Origin: Octopus sinensis
Taxonomy: Eukaryota
Reading direction: 5' to 3'
Assembly: GCF_006345805.1 (NCBI RefSeq)
Contig: NC_043014.1
Span: forward strand, 42,532,001 to 42,596,000
DNA: 64,000 nucleotides
Below, piece by piece: positions 1 through 11,713 of this stretch; position 1 is the first letter of the stretch; each line of letters starts with the position of its first letter. Position numbers and translations under genes: made by a program. The notes beneath the pieces were generated by a model. The model did no database searches. It saw only the letters and a list, made by a program, of their open reading frames with translations, and had not been told where the DNA came from.

Positions 1-137
1 GATACAAGGTATTCTAGCCCTGACTGCCCCACCTTTATTTTATGGGCATAGTGTACCTTGGACAACAGTATCCAGTGTCTTTTTTCTATGGCAGTTGGAC
101 AACATTTGAGGTAGTTTGTACTGCTGTTTCTTGCAGA

Positions 138-240
138 TTAAATGACTATGCTCAAGAACACAATGCAATACCCAGCCTGGGAATTGAACCCATGATCTTT
201 CAATCATGAGTGCAACACCCTAACCACTAAGCCATGTGCC

Positions 241-244
<4 letters not shown>
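138..244 (-). mobile_element. tRNA-derived SINE head fragment (F/J-type)
   Basis: Minus strand: A box tggcttagtgg, B box ggttcaattcc, then tgtgttcttgagca as in the copies at 7177, 17254 and 22165. Confidence 0.75.
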
Positions 245-290
<46 letters not shown>

Positions 291-292
<2 letters not shown>

Positions 293-678
293 GCCAGTGC
301 TGCCTGACTGGCACCCGTGCCAGTGACATGTAAAAAACACCATTCGAGCATGGCCGATGCCACTGCCACCTCACTGGCACATAGAAAGCGCCATTCGAGC
401 ATGGCCGATGCCAGTTCCACCTGACTGGTACTTGTACCAGTGACACCTAAAAGGCATGATTCGAGCATGACGGATGCCAGTACCACCTGAGTGGCACGTA
501 AAAGCACCCACTACATTCTCGGAGTGGTTGGTGCTAGGAAGGGCACCCAGCTGTAAGAAACCTTGACAAATCAGATTGGAGCCTGGTGCAGCCCCTCAGC
601 TTGCCAGTTCTCAGTCAAACCGTCCAACCCATGCCCAGCATGGAAAGCGGGCGTTAAACGATGACGATGATGATGATG
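291..678 (+). mobile_element. Family B short retroelement (RTE/Ceph-like) with internal ~60-bp repeats
   Basis: Repeated gtggcacgtaaaagcacc units, then ggaagggcacccagctgt...gttaaacgatgacgatgatg tail; more than 15 copies in the window. Confidence 0.85.
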
Positions 679-789
679 TATATATATCTGTTTTATACTA
701 GTTCAGTAATCTCTTGTTTCCAACCATATGTGAATTGAGCATTCCTATCTGGGTTTGAGCTAATACTTTATATACATTGTCGTATATAT

Positions 790-794
790 GTATG

Positions 795-825
<31 letters not shown>

Positions 826-1030
826 TTGTGTGTCTGTGTTTGTCCCCCTAGCATTGCTTGACAACCGATGCTGGTGTGTTTATGTCTCTGTCACTTAGCG
901 ATTCGGCAAAAGAGACCGATAGAATAAGTACTGGGCTTACAAAGGATAAGTCCCGGGGTCGAGTTGCTCGACTAAAGGCGGTGCTCCAGCATGGCCGCAG
1001 TCAAATGACTGAAACAAGTAAAAGAGTAAA
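790..1030 (+). mobile_element. SINE family A, 3' half
   Basis: Matches the 3' half of full copies (8391-8794) and ends actgaaacaagtaaaagagt. Confidence 0.9.
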
Positions 1031-1536
1031 CCCACCCGACTGATTATTCTATAATTAATTAATGAATATGTAGAACTTGTTCCCATTAGAAATATCTTAA
1101 CATTTATGTAAGTGTGTGTGTGTGTGTGTGTATAACATGTTTATTGATTTCTTTTCACTGGAAACAAGGCCAATTTCTTTTCTTTTTTCTTTTCTTTTTT
1201 TTTTTTGTTGGTTGGAAGGGTATTGTTGACTGACTTGACTTATTGTTTTAACCAACACCTGAACAATAAAAGGCAAAGTCAATCCCAGCAGGATTACAGC
1301 GTACAAGTATGAGGTATCAAATTAGATTTAATAAAATCAACATTACGATATTCTATCTAATACCGTGGTAATCATCATAATCATCGTCATTTTATGTTTG
1401 ACTTTCCAGTCCGACATATGTGTTGGCTGGGTCTCGTAATCTTTGTCATCTGGCATACACAATAGCATTGGAAAAAAAAAACCCACCCATCTTCATTGCC
1501 TGTCATGAGTTTTTTTTTTTGTGTGTTTTCTTTCAT

Positions 1537-2166
1537 AGGTGCAGGAGTGGTTGTGTGGTAAGAAGCTTGCTTCCCAACCACATGGTTCCAGGTTCAGTGC
1601 CACTGCATGGCACCTTGGGCAAGTGTCTTCTGCTATAGCCTCAGGCCAACCAAAGCCTTGTGAGTGGATTTGGTAGACGGAAACTGAAAAGAAGCCCATC
1701 ATAAATGATGCCAGCGCCGCCTTGACTGGCTTCCGTGCCGGTGGCTCGTAAAATCCACCAATCTGATCGTGACCATTGCCAGCCTTGCCTGGCACCTGTG
1801 CAGGTGGCACGTAAAAAGCACCCACTACACTCACGGAGTGGTTGGCGTTAGGAAGGGCGTCCAGCTGTAGAAACATTGCCAAATCAGACTGGAGCCTGGT
1901 GCAGCCTTCTGGCTTCCCAGATCCCCGGTCGAACCGTCCAACCCATGCTAGCATGGAGAACGGACGTTAAACAATGATGATGATGATGTGTCTGAAAACT
2001 GATGTTGATGTGTTTACATCCCTCATACCTTAGCAGTTCAGCAAAAATAGTCTGATGGAGTAAGTACTAGGCTTACAAAGAATAAATCCTGGAGTCGATT
2101 TGTTCGACTAAAGATGGTGCTTCTGCATGACCACAGTCACAATGACTGAAACAAGTAAAAGAATAA
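1537..2166 (+). mobile_element. SINE A interrupted by a family B copy (about 1704-1988)
   Basis: A 5' half ends at gaagcccatcata, B runs to its (ATG)n tail, then the A 3' half resumes. Confidence 0.85.
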
Positions 2167-2237
2167 CTGGATGCCCTTCCTCTCACCAACCACTTCGCAA
2201 CCAGTTTATAAAATAGTCTCTTTTTAATTTTGTTAGG

Positions 2238-2478
2238 TTTCTTATTTCTTTATTGCCCACAAGGGGTTAAACATAGAGTGGACAAACAAGAACAAACAAA
2301 GGGATTAAGTCAATTAGATTGACCCCAGTGCATAAGTGGTACTTAATTTATCGACCTTGAAAGGATGAAAGGCAAAATTGGCCTCGGCGGAATTTGAACT
2401 CAGAACGTAGCGGCAGATGAAATACCGCTAAGCATTTTGCCCAGCGTGCTAACGTCTCTGCCAGCTCACCGCCTTACC
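2238..2478 (-). mobile_element. SINE family C monomer
   Basis: Minus-strand head taaggcggtgagctggcag, B box gagttcaaattcc, body gcctttcatcctttc..ggtcgataaattaagtacc. Confidence 0.85.
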
Positions 2479-2719
2479 ACACAGTTACTTCTGCCAGGTC
2501 GCAAGTTTCTTACCATACAGTTACTCCTGCGCATATGTTGCATTTTAGAAGTTCATGCAGTGACTTTCTGGTTTCTGAGTTCAAATCCCATTGGGGTAAT
2601 CTTTGCCTTTTGTCCTTAAGGGGTTGATAAAAAAAGGTACGGATTTGGTAAAACTGTGGAGACGTTGGATTGAATGCTGTGTTATATTTATTTAATCCAG
2701 GCATAGATATATATATATA

Positions 2720-2930
2720 ACGGGAAGCTTTATGAAAATAAACAAAAGACGAAGGCAGGTGGAATACAAACAAACAATTGTATTAGTATGGTGCTCAGGA
2801 ATATAAATAAAACAAGTCTTTTACGTTTCGAGCCTACGCTCTTCAACAGAAAGATACACAGAAAAGAAACACGGAGAGAAACAAGGAGAGAAAAAAAATG
2901 CGTGCAGAGGCTAGCGAATCAACATGGCGA
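2720..2930 (-). mobile_element. Family D copy 1: probable Penelope-like non-autonomous element with variant hammerhead motif (2817-2854)
   Basis: Minus strand TCTTT-CTGTTGA-A-GAGC-gtag-GCTC-GAAAC-GT-A-AAAGA; (TA)n on both sides; four more copies in the window. Confidence 0.6.
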
Positions 2931-3735
2931 TATATATATATATAGGTGTATTGTTAAGAAACTTTCATTGCAACCGGATGGTTTCAAGTTCAGTCCCAGT
3001 GCACAGCACCCTGAGCAAGTGCTTTGTTTTAGAGCCCTGGGTTGACATAGCGCAGATGAAATACCACTAAACATTTCGCCCGCTCGCGAGCTCACCGCCT
3101 TAACTTTGTTATGTTTCTCATTTGCTGAATTGTTTGTAACTTGAATAAATCATATAAAAAACCACAATGTCGTAGGTTATAGCCTTGAAATCCAAACTTT
3201 ATCGAGTTAGAACGCTAAAAGTTGTATGCCATGGTGTTCGTGGTCATTCAGATCATAATTATCCTATCTGTTCTTTTGCACGCAATATATCAAGGGCTAC
3301 ATTAACTAATATCTTCCATCCTTCTTAAGCTGGTAAGATGTGATTTTTTTTTTTGGGAAAATTTGGCTGTTAATTCTGGCAAATTAGATAACCACATCGA
3401 AGATGCTCCTCCTTCATTAGCTCGGTGGGATGGGCGTCGTCACTGGTATTTATACGGTCCTGAGTTGATAAAAAATCAAAGTGGATCCAAGTTAGATTTC
3501 CTCTGAGGATGGTGAAGCAACCAACTGAAACACAATAAAGCGTCTAATCTAATCTAATCTATCAATACCCCGTCTCCACCATTTCTGTAATCTGAGGAGA
3601 TCTATGTGTCTGGCTTCAAGACTAGATTAGTCTTATTTCTCTCCTACTGAATCAATCACAGAGAGTTTATATATCCTGCCTAACTTTAGATTCTATTTTA
3701 ACCTGCTGCATGAAGTCTCTTCGCTTGGATATCAT

Positions 3736-3736
3736 C

Positions 3737-3767
<31 letters not shown>

Positions 3768-4074
3768 GTATATATATGTGTATGTATGTATATATATGTG
3801 TATGTATGTATATATATGTGTATGTATGTATATATATGTGTATGTATGTATATATATGTGTATGTATGTATATATATGTGTATGTATGTATATATATGTG
3901 TATATATGTATATATATGTGTATATATGTATATATATATATGTGTGTGTGTGTATATATATGTATATATATATGTGTGTGTGTGTATATGTATATATGTG
4001 TATATGTGTATATATGTATATATATGTATATATATATGTATATATATGTATGTATATATATATGTATATATATA

Positions 4075-4112
<38 letters not shown>

Positions 4113-4146
4113 CATACACATATACACACACACACATACACACATA
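3736..4146. repeat. Compound (TA)/(TG)/(TATG) microsatellite
   Basis: Read directly; source of the IY/VC-rich spurious ORFs. Confidence 0.97.
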
Positions 4147-4489
4147 TTATCTGCAGGCTGAATCCATCTTAGTTGGCAAGCTGGATTTGTTTAGTTCGGG
4201 TATAGATACATGCCTACCAAGTATGTAACCACACATATGCATGAACGCACACACTTGTACACAAAATAACATCTGTATGCTTTAAAGTAAATGTGTCCTT
4301 CATCTGTTTCAGCGATAAGTACTCCGGGCAATTAGATCCAACGAACTACTTAATTATCGTATTAATGCCTAAGTGACTGGGTACTCCACAGACACATGTA
4401 TGTGCCCTTAGCTTAATCTTCAGGCGGAATCGGCACGATACTGGGTGTCGAAGTTGCTCCTTTGAATTAGAGATATAATCCATCTTTCA

Positions 4490-5160
4490 GTCCTTGTGGA
4501 TTCTTCCTTTTCGCCTTCGGCCCTGTGCATCCATGCTGCCAACAAAGCATGCGGAGTTCTGTTTTTGATTCGACGATCATTCGGAATGCTCACAGCAGCC
4601 ATATCCCTACCGCTCTATGTCACGCTGGTGAGACCCATATTGGAGTACGGGATTCAAGCCTCTTCTCGTTATCACCTCAAAGACATACATCATCTCGAAA
4701 GAGTCCAAAAGCTGGCTACCCACATGGTTCTTGGTCTCAAGCATTTGTCTTATGAAGAAAGGCTGAAGACGCTCGACCTTTATTCTCTAGAAAAACGCCA
4801 CTGCCATGGTGATCTCATTCTCATGCACAACATCATAAGCGGAAAGTGTAACCTCTCGAAAGAGCTGTTCTTCACTCCTGCTCCAGAGCGTCGGCTGCGG
4901 GGTCACTTCGAAAAGCTCTATCTGCGATGATTTCATCTCAATCAAAGGAGAGGGGCTTTCTCCGTCCAGGTTGCAAATCCGTGGAATAAGCTGCCAGACG
5001 AGATAGTGAAGATGCCGACGACCGCTCGGTTCAAAGTCTCTCTTGACCAGAAATGGCCTGAACTCTTTGCATGAACACCCTCCCTGTACATAACTCCATG
5101 TCCCTCTACATGGCCTTTGCCTTTTGCTTTTTGAGCCAAAAAATTGACCTAACTTAACTT
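4490..5160 (+). pseudogene. 5'-truncated CR1-clade LINE: ORF2 C-terminus plus 3' UTR
   Basis: Translation VLVDSSFSPS..LYVTLVRPILEYG..LERVQKLAT..LSYEERLKTLDLYSLEKR..GDLI..LRGH..VANPWNKLP is typical of CR1 ORF2 after the RT domain. In-frame TGA at 4928-4930; natural stop at 5072-5074. Confidence 0.92.
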
Positions 5161-5164
5161 TCAC

Positions 5165-5460
5165 TCAAAAGGCTTGAATCGACTTGAGAATGTGATTGAA
5201 GGAACTTGCCCAAGATACCCTGCACTAAGAGGCAAACCCCATTTGAATCATCATTCCACTCAGCTAGCAAAAATTAGTCGTGTCTGTAATTCAAAGGGCC
5301 GGCCTCGTCACAGTCTGTGTCACACCGAATCTCCCTGAAAACTACATTGAGGATCCATGTGCCTGTGGAGTGCTCAGCCACTTCCTGTTAATTTCACATG
5401 CAGGCTGTTCCATCGATCGGATCAACTGGAACGCTCGTCGCCATAACCGACAGAGTGACA
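5165..5460 (+). mobile_element. SINE family F with degraded 5' end
   Basis: Shares ccactcagct and the tail tcaaagggccggcc..gtggagtgctcagccactt..cgtcgccataaccgac with 17254-17580. Confidence 0.75.
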
Positions 5461-5840
5461 GTTTACATTAACAGTGTACGTGTCTCAGGAATGCTCAGCC
5501 ACTTACGTATCAATTCAAAGAACAGAAGTACCTGCTTTGCACAATCGAATCCTCATTGTCTGTCGGGGATTCATTTCGTTACTGTTGTTAGTACTAGACA
5601 GCTTAAACAAACACCATTCTGTTGTACAGTATGTATCTTTTGTGTATGGAGGAAGCAGTCTTTTGTTGGCATGACAACAGTGATGTTATCGACAAATGAT
5701 TAAGATATGGAATTATATTTTCATAAATTCGTATGCGTCTTGGAGTTAGTAGTACAAACAACATCCCACATCCAGAAATCTTCTGCTGACTCTTTGGCTG
5801 TGATACCATTCTGCGATTTTATTCATTTATTTATTTTTAA

Positions 5841-6465
5841 CCCTTTAGCATTTAATCCAGCCATGTCCAGCCCAAATATTCTACCAATTTTATGCTTAAA
5901 CAGGCCAGATGTGGCCTCTCACATCTACCCTACGGTGTGATTATTAAAAATAAACAATCACATCATCAAAATTATGAAGTTACGAGACAATAGGCGTCGG
6001 AGTGGCTGTGTGGTAAGTAGCTTGCTTACGAACCACATAGTTCCGGGTTCAGTCCCACTGCATGACATCTTGGGCAAGTGTCTTCCACTATAGCCTGGGG
6101 CGGACCAAAGCCTTGTGAGTGGATTTGGTAGACAGAAACTGAAAGAAGCTCATTGTATATATGTATATACGTGTATATGTGTGTGTGTATGTTTGTGTGT
6201 CTGTGTTTGTCCCTCCAACATCGCTTGGCAACCGATGCTGGTGTGTTTATGTCCTCAGCAAAAGTGACCGATAGAATAAGTACTAGGCTTACAAAGATTA
6301 AGTCCTGGGGGTCGATTTGCTCGACTAAGAGGCAGTGCTCCAGCATGGCCACAGTCAAATGACTGAAACAAATAAAAGAGTAAAGAGCAATGCATGATTA
6401 TTAATTTCAAAACAATGAAAATAAATAAGCATTACATTCGACAGAGTAATCTGAACACTAAAGGG
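5841..6465. mobile_element. MITE family E (piggyBac-like, TTAA) hosting a full SINE A (about 5991-6388)
   Basis: TTAA|ccctttagca ... cactaaaggg|TTAA; the E sequence resumes after the SINE. Confidence 0.85.
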
Positions 6466-6630
6466 TTAAACACAAGGTAACACTTTTGAAAAACGGTCAG
6501 CTATATTAACCCAAGTGTTCAACCTGTACTTTATTTTATTCTATTGACCCTTCCAAGAAGGATGACAATGAACGTTGAATTTACTACAGATTTGATCTCG
6601 GGGAATGCAAAGTGGTGTAACTTGATACCA

Positions 6631-6795
6631 CTAGATTTTTTTTTTCTTTTCTGAAATTCTATCTACCAGCTCAGTCGCTCTATTATTCTGTAATGATAGT
6701 AGTGTAAATATTACAATGGTGATGACAGCTGCGATAAAAGTCGTGTTTCTCTTCATAAAAAGGGTCTGTGGCATTTCGTTGGCATCTAAAGGACC
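6631..6795 (-). CDS. Candidate exon encoding a hydrophobic helix
   Basis: After cttcatatAG: GPLDANEMPQTLFMKRNTTFIAAVITIVIFTLLSLQNNRATELVDRISEKKKKI*. 54 open codons in unique sequence; no homologue recognised; phase does not match 7644-7775. Confidence 0.25.
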   Translation of the reverse strand, partial: GPLDANEMPQTLFMKRNTTFIAAVITIVIFTLLSLQNNRATELVDRISEKKKKI

Positions 6796-7176
6796 CTATA
6801 TGAAGTGGATCTAGTATTTGACATTTGAGAAATCAGGGTATTTTCAGTGATTAGGTTATGTAAGTATGAACATGAGGTCTCTCGTTAAATTGCTATTGAA
6901 GAGGTATTGAGTTTAATACAGCAGAAATGATCAATTCTCGAGAATATTGTTTTGAGAGATTTTTTTTAATTATTAATTAATTAATTAACTGTAGCTCATC
7001 CTTATGATGCCTCCACCCTAAATGAAATTTTTATCATCTTGCATTTTGTGATATGCCGGGTGTGTGTTAGAGAGAGAAAGAGAGAGTTAGACCATTCATG
7101 TGTCTCCATGTTCTTCTGTTACACATTATAAAGATGTGTGGATCATGTATCTACATCTGTGTGTGTGTGTGTGTGT

Positions 7177-7445
7177 AGGTGCATAGCCCAGTGGTTAGAG
7201 TGTTGCACTCATGATTGCTAGATCGTGGGTTTGATTTCCGGGGGCCCAAACAGTGCATTGTGTTCTTGAGCAAGACACTTTATTTCACATTGCTCCCATT
7301 CACTCAGCTGTAAATGGTAACCCTGCAACTGACTGGCCTTCTGATCAGGGGAAATGTTGGCCTGCTTGCCAAGCCAGTTGGGTGGCAGCATTCAAAAGCT
7401 AAAATGATGCAAAGCACATTGTGACCAGCGATGTATAACAACATC
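7177..7445 (+). mobile_element. tRNA-derived SINE: F-type head and core with a different tail
   Basis: Head tagcccagtggttagag, core ttgagcaagacactttatttcacattgctcc..cactcagctg, then a tail unlike F or J. Confidence 0.7.
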
Positions 7446-7467
7446 CAAAAGTCTGATCAATCACTTG

Positions 7468-7532
<65 letters not shown>

Positions 7533-7643
7533 ATCATTCTTTTATTTGTTTGTCATAAGATGCACATTAGTGTACCTTAGTAATATGATCTTTGCCGGGG
7601 TTTTTTCTGTGGATAGGTAAGTAAGAGAAACTGGCAGACTAAC

Positions 7644-7775
7644 CAGATTTCAGATTGATACAACTGGTGTCCAACCTCTGTCCATGTTTTCATTTGCTGA
7701 GAGAGAATCGGGTCCATGTCTGAATACTTGCCACAGGAGGGACACTTGTGATAAATGCACCAAATGACCAGGTGG
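7644..7775 (-). CDS. Candidate internal exon, phase 2-2, 132 bp
   Basis: Pyrimidine tract plus ttccAG acceptor, TG|GTTAGT donor, open frame HLVIWCIYHKCPSCGKYSDMDPILSQQMKTWTEVGHQLYQSEI. The acceptor tract could be simple GA-rich sequence. Confidence 0.35.
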
Positions 7776-8390
7776 CTGGAATAGAGGGACAGAGGTAGAG
7801 AAAGAAAGAGAGAAACTGAACATAGAGAATCTCAAATACTTTACGACACACTTTGTGAATATGTACAATTTGTGTGTATGTGAGTGTGGGACATCTGTGG
7901 TTGTGTTTTTGTTGATGTGTATACGAAGACGCATTTATATAAACATTTACACACATGTATTACATATTTATCTGTTTATCACGGTGAAGGGTGCATATAT
8001 AATAATAATAATAATAATGAAATTATTGTATACAAGTGCTCAGGTGCACCACAAATGTATATATATAAATGTTTTTTAAGTTGGGAACCAGCAAAAACAG
8101 TAGGGCACTTTGATGTGTACTTTTTTTAGTAGAGTACATGTTTATTCAATCTTTTACAAGGAAAATGTTGATAGTGACTTCGCAGTTTCAGCTCACTTGC
8201 CTTGCATACATTGTTGGAATGTATGCATACATTGCTGGAATCCTGGAATCTTTAGCTAAGTAAATGTGCGAAACAGCCAACAGCTTTGCAATGTTATCAG
8301 GCAGAAGGATCATTATTATTCTGTTTACATGTGCTTAGCCAAACATAAAGCAGTTGGGTTTGGAAAAAGTTATAATCTTTTATAGTTATA

Positions 8391-8794
8391 GTCGCAGGAG
8401 TGGCTGTGTGGTAAGTAGCTTGCTAACCAACCACATGGTTTCGGGTTCAGTCCCACTGCGTGGCATCTTGGGCAAGTGTCTTCTGCTATAGCCCCGGGGC
8501 CAACCAATGCCTTGTGAGTGGATTTGGTAGACGGAAACTGAAAGAAGCCTGTCGTATAGATGTATATATATATATGTATGTATGTGTGTTTGTGTGTCTG
8601 TGTTTGTTCCCCTAGCATTGCTTGACTACCGATGCTGGTGTGTTTACGTCCCCGTCACTTAGCGGTTCGGCAAAAAGAGACCGATAGAATAAGTACTGGG
8701 CTTACAAAAAGAATAAGTCCCGGGGTCGAGTTGCTCGACTAAAGGCGGTGCTCCGGCATGGCCGCAGTCAAATGACTGAAACAAGTTAAAGAGA
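8391..8794 (+). mobile_element. SINE A, full length, young
   Basis: tRNA-like head gcaggagtggctgtgtggtaag..gggttcagtccc, central TA/TG tract, A tail. Confidence 0.92.
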
Positions 8795-8865
8795 GAATCT
8801 TAAATGCTAACTCGCATAAATACTTGAATTTTCAGACCACCTTACTTGCATATGTCACAGGTTCA

Positions 8866-9084
8866 CCCTTTAGCATTTAAACCGGCCATATCCAGCCGAA
8901 ATTTTCCATTTGTTTTATGTTCAAACCGACCAGATCCAGGCTCTCACACCTACCCTACAATGTTATTCTATATTAAACAATCACACCATTGAAATTTCAA
9001 GGATATGAGGTAATGCAGGGTTAATTCAAAACAATGTGAATCAATAAGCATTATGTTTGATAGAATAACCTGGACACTAAGGGG
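8866..9084. mobile_element. MITE family E
   Basis: ccctttagcatttaaaccggcc ... cactaagggg|TTAA. Confidence 0.85.
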
Positions 9085-9141
9085 TTAAAGGACTAAAAAC
9101 AGTTTAATATTTATTTGCTTCACCCTTTAATATTCAGATTA

Positions 9142-9531
9142 ACTGGCTTCCATGCTGGTGGCACGTAAAAAGCACCATTCGAGTGTGATTGTTACCAGCA
9201 TTGCCTTACTGGCACTTGTGCTGGTGGCACGTGGAAAAACATTCTAGTGAGGTCGTTGCCAGTGCCTCTGGACTGGCTCCTGTGCAGATGGCACGTAAAA
9301 AGCACCATTTGAGCGTAGTCGTTGCCAGTACCGCCTGACTGGCCCTCTTGCCGGTTGCATGTAAAAGCACCCACTACACTCTCGGAATGGTTGGCATTAG
9401 GACGGGCATCCAGCTATAGAAATTCTGTCTGATCAAATTGGAGCCTGGTGCAGCCATCTGGTTCACTAGTCCTCAGTCAAATCATCCCACCCATGCTAGC
9501 ATGGAAAGTGGACATTAAATGATGATGGTGA
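9142..9531 (+). mobile_element. Family B element with 3 internal units
   Basis: Three ~65-bp units, then the conserved B 3' region and gatgatg tail. Confidence 0.85.
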
Positions 9532-9935
9532 TATATATATATATATATATAATACACATTCAGTTAGAGCTTAAATTAGCCTCATTAAGTGATGGTATCA
9601 TCCAATGAATTACTGGTTTAATACATAATAGTTATTGTAAAAAATAATATTATTCATGAAACCCTAACGGTATATCTTTTTTCTACTCCTCTGAAGAGAT
9701 TTTGCCTGATATAATGATTTTATTACTATTTAATCCATTAGGCCTAATTGAAACAATAACAACATGCAACAAAAACATCTTTAAATGATTGTTCTGGAGC
9801 ATATTCACCATCTACTTCAATTACTGCTTCCCATTTGCTTAGCAGACAGCCGGACCGTCACTTAAAGATGTTTCTGTTAGATATTGTTATTGTTTTTGTT
9901 GAATAAAATTTGTTGGCAAAAAGCCGCAATAATTA

Positions 9936-10144
9936 CTCTTTTACTCTTTTACTTGTTTCAGTCATTTGACTGTGGCCATGCTGGAGCACCGCCTTTAATC
10001 GAGCAAATCGACCCCGGGACTTATTCTTTGTAAGCCCAGTACTTATTCTATCGGTCTCTTTGCCGAACCGCTTAGTGACGGGGACATAAACACACCAGCA
10101 TTGGTTGTCAAGCGATGTTGGTGGGACAAACACAGATATACAAA

Positions 10145-10198
<54 letters not shown>

Positions 10199-10370
10199 CA
10201 TATATACGACGGGCTTCTTTCAGTTTCCGCCTACCAAATCCACTCACAAGGCTTTGGTCGGCCTGAGGCTATAGTAGAAGACACTTGCCCAAGGTACCAT
10301 GCAGTGGGACTGAACCCGGAACCATGTGGTTGGTAAACAAGCTACTTACCACACAGCCACTCCTGTGCCT
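9936..10370 (-). mobile_element. SINE A, full length, with probable 7-bp TSD
   Basis: ataatta at 9929-9935 and 10371-10377. Confidence 0.9.
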
Positions 10371-10394
10371 ATAATTATGCACCAACCCAATATA

Positions 10395-10654
10395 TTTCCC
10401 CCTCCCCACCTTCACTCAGGATTTACTTAACTCTTTGCCTTCCCTGTGTATCACATGTGGCACACAGGATATATTTCCCTGGCGTCCTTGGTCTATCATC
10501 ATCATTGTTTAACGTCAGCATGGAAAGCAGACGTTGATGATGATGATGATAGTACATGGACGCCAGGGAAATATATCCTGTGTCACATGTGATACACGGG
10601 GCAGGCTAAAGAATTTACTAAATCCTGAGCGAAGGAGGAGAGCAGGGGGGGAAA
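10395..10654. repeat. Foldback with ~110-bp arms centred on two opposed family B tails
   Basis: caggatatatttccctggcgtcc and ggacgccagggaaatatatcctg are reverse complements; pairing extends outward with some mismatches. Confidence 0.85.
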
Positions 10655-11038
10655 GTGTTTTTCTTTTAAATTTTAACCGAGTGTGTTTTGTTTAAAAGTA
10701 CAGATAAAACAGGTGAAGATATATATAAATTGGTTTTAGAAATTCATAACATTTGCAATGTGGCTTCAACAATCTGATGAGAAGCAAGTCAGAGGAGACA
10801 GGTGAGATAAGAAAATGAGAAAAAAAAAAGAGAGTTGGGTGAGGTGGGGGTGAAATGTAAACAGTGGTCTCTTTCAGCAAAGCTTTTGTCAAGTTCTCTC
10901 TCTCTCTCATGTACATATATGCACATATCCACCACACATCTTGTAATCATACGCTGGTTACAGCCTTCTGGCTATAATAATTTTATCTTGATATATGTGT
11001 GTGTATGTGTGTTTATATACATACATATATATATGTGG

Positions 11039-11106
<68 letters not shown>

Positions 11107-11177
11107 ATATATATATATATATATATATGGATATATGGATACATATATATATATATATATGGATATATATAATATAT

Positions 11178-11220
<43 letters not shown>

Positions 11221-11241
11221 TATGGATATATATATATATGG

Positions 11242-11423
11242 ATATTTATCAAAATAAAAACATGATGCAAAGGATTTAGTGGTACATATGTTTCGGGCCT
11301 TATTAGACGACGTTTATACAATGCATAATTGATGTAAATGTGTGTCTATAGCCTTCTTCAGCCGCGGCCCGAAACATATGTACCGCTAAATCCTTTGCAT
11401 CATGTTTTTATTTTGATAAATAT
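11242..11423. repeat. 58-bp inverted repeat (11242-11299 / 11366-11423), 1 mismatch
   Basis: atatttatcaaaataaaaacatgatgcaaaggatttagtggtacatatgtttcgggcc versus its reverse complement. Confidence 0.95.
11279..11365 (-). ncRNA. Type I hammerhead ribozyme motif (Penelope-like retroelement type)
   Basis: Minus strand GCGG-CUGAAGA-A-GGCUAUAGAC..GUCUAAUAAGGCCC-GAAAC-AUAU-GU-A-CCAC. Core boxes intact; stem I 3 of 4 pairs; stem II imperfect; stem III is 2 bp with a palindromic loop. Confidence 0.7.
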
Positions 11424-11713
11424 ACTCTATCACCTACACCACTAAATAGTATATACAGGTGCTTACAATTATCAAGTATTCACCCTGAATTTTTATATAT
11501 GGATATATATATATATATGGATATATATATATATATATATAAATTATATATATATACACACACAAACACACACCAGAGTAAGCACATAAATGTGAAACAA
11601 GGTGGAAAATATAGTACTCGAATACCAGAGGTAGAGTAATATGCTTTATTTTAATAAAGTATCTATATATATATCATAGGTTATTAAAGGATGTTGATGA
11701 TCGATATATATTA

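Noticed and set aside
858-1043. Recurrent ORFs such as [29 protein letters not shown] and LQSDLAVFLQLDALPNANHS
   Set aside because: Chance frames within SINE A and family B; start, stop and frame differ between copies.
3698-4228. Long ORFs rich in I/Y/V/C/H/T (also near 11000, 12000, 15300, 25000, 29850)
   Set aside because: Translations of di- and tetranucleotide microsatellites.
7560-7616. Plus-strand 57-bp candidate exon (CTLVYLSNMIFAGVFSVDR, AG|GTAAGT) with a GPCR-like ending
   Set aside because: Cys-to-DR spacing does not fit TM3, the acceptor is weak, and no consistent plus-strand chain was found. Not excluded, and it competes with the minus-strand model.
9142-9380. CRISPR-like look of family B: constant ~19-bp motif with variable intervening sequence
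   Set aside because: The intervening parts are homologous to each other, sit inside a dispersed eukaryotic retroelement, and no cas genes are present.
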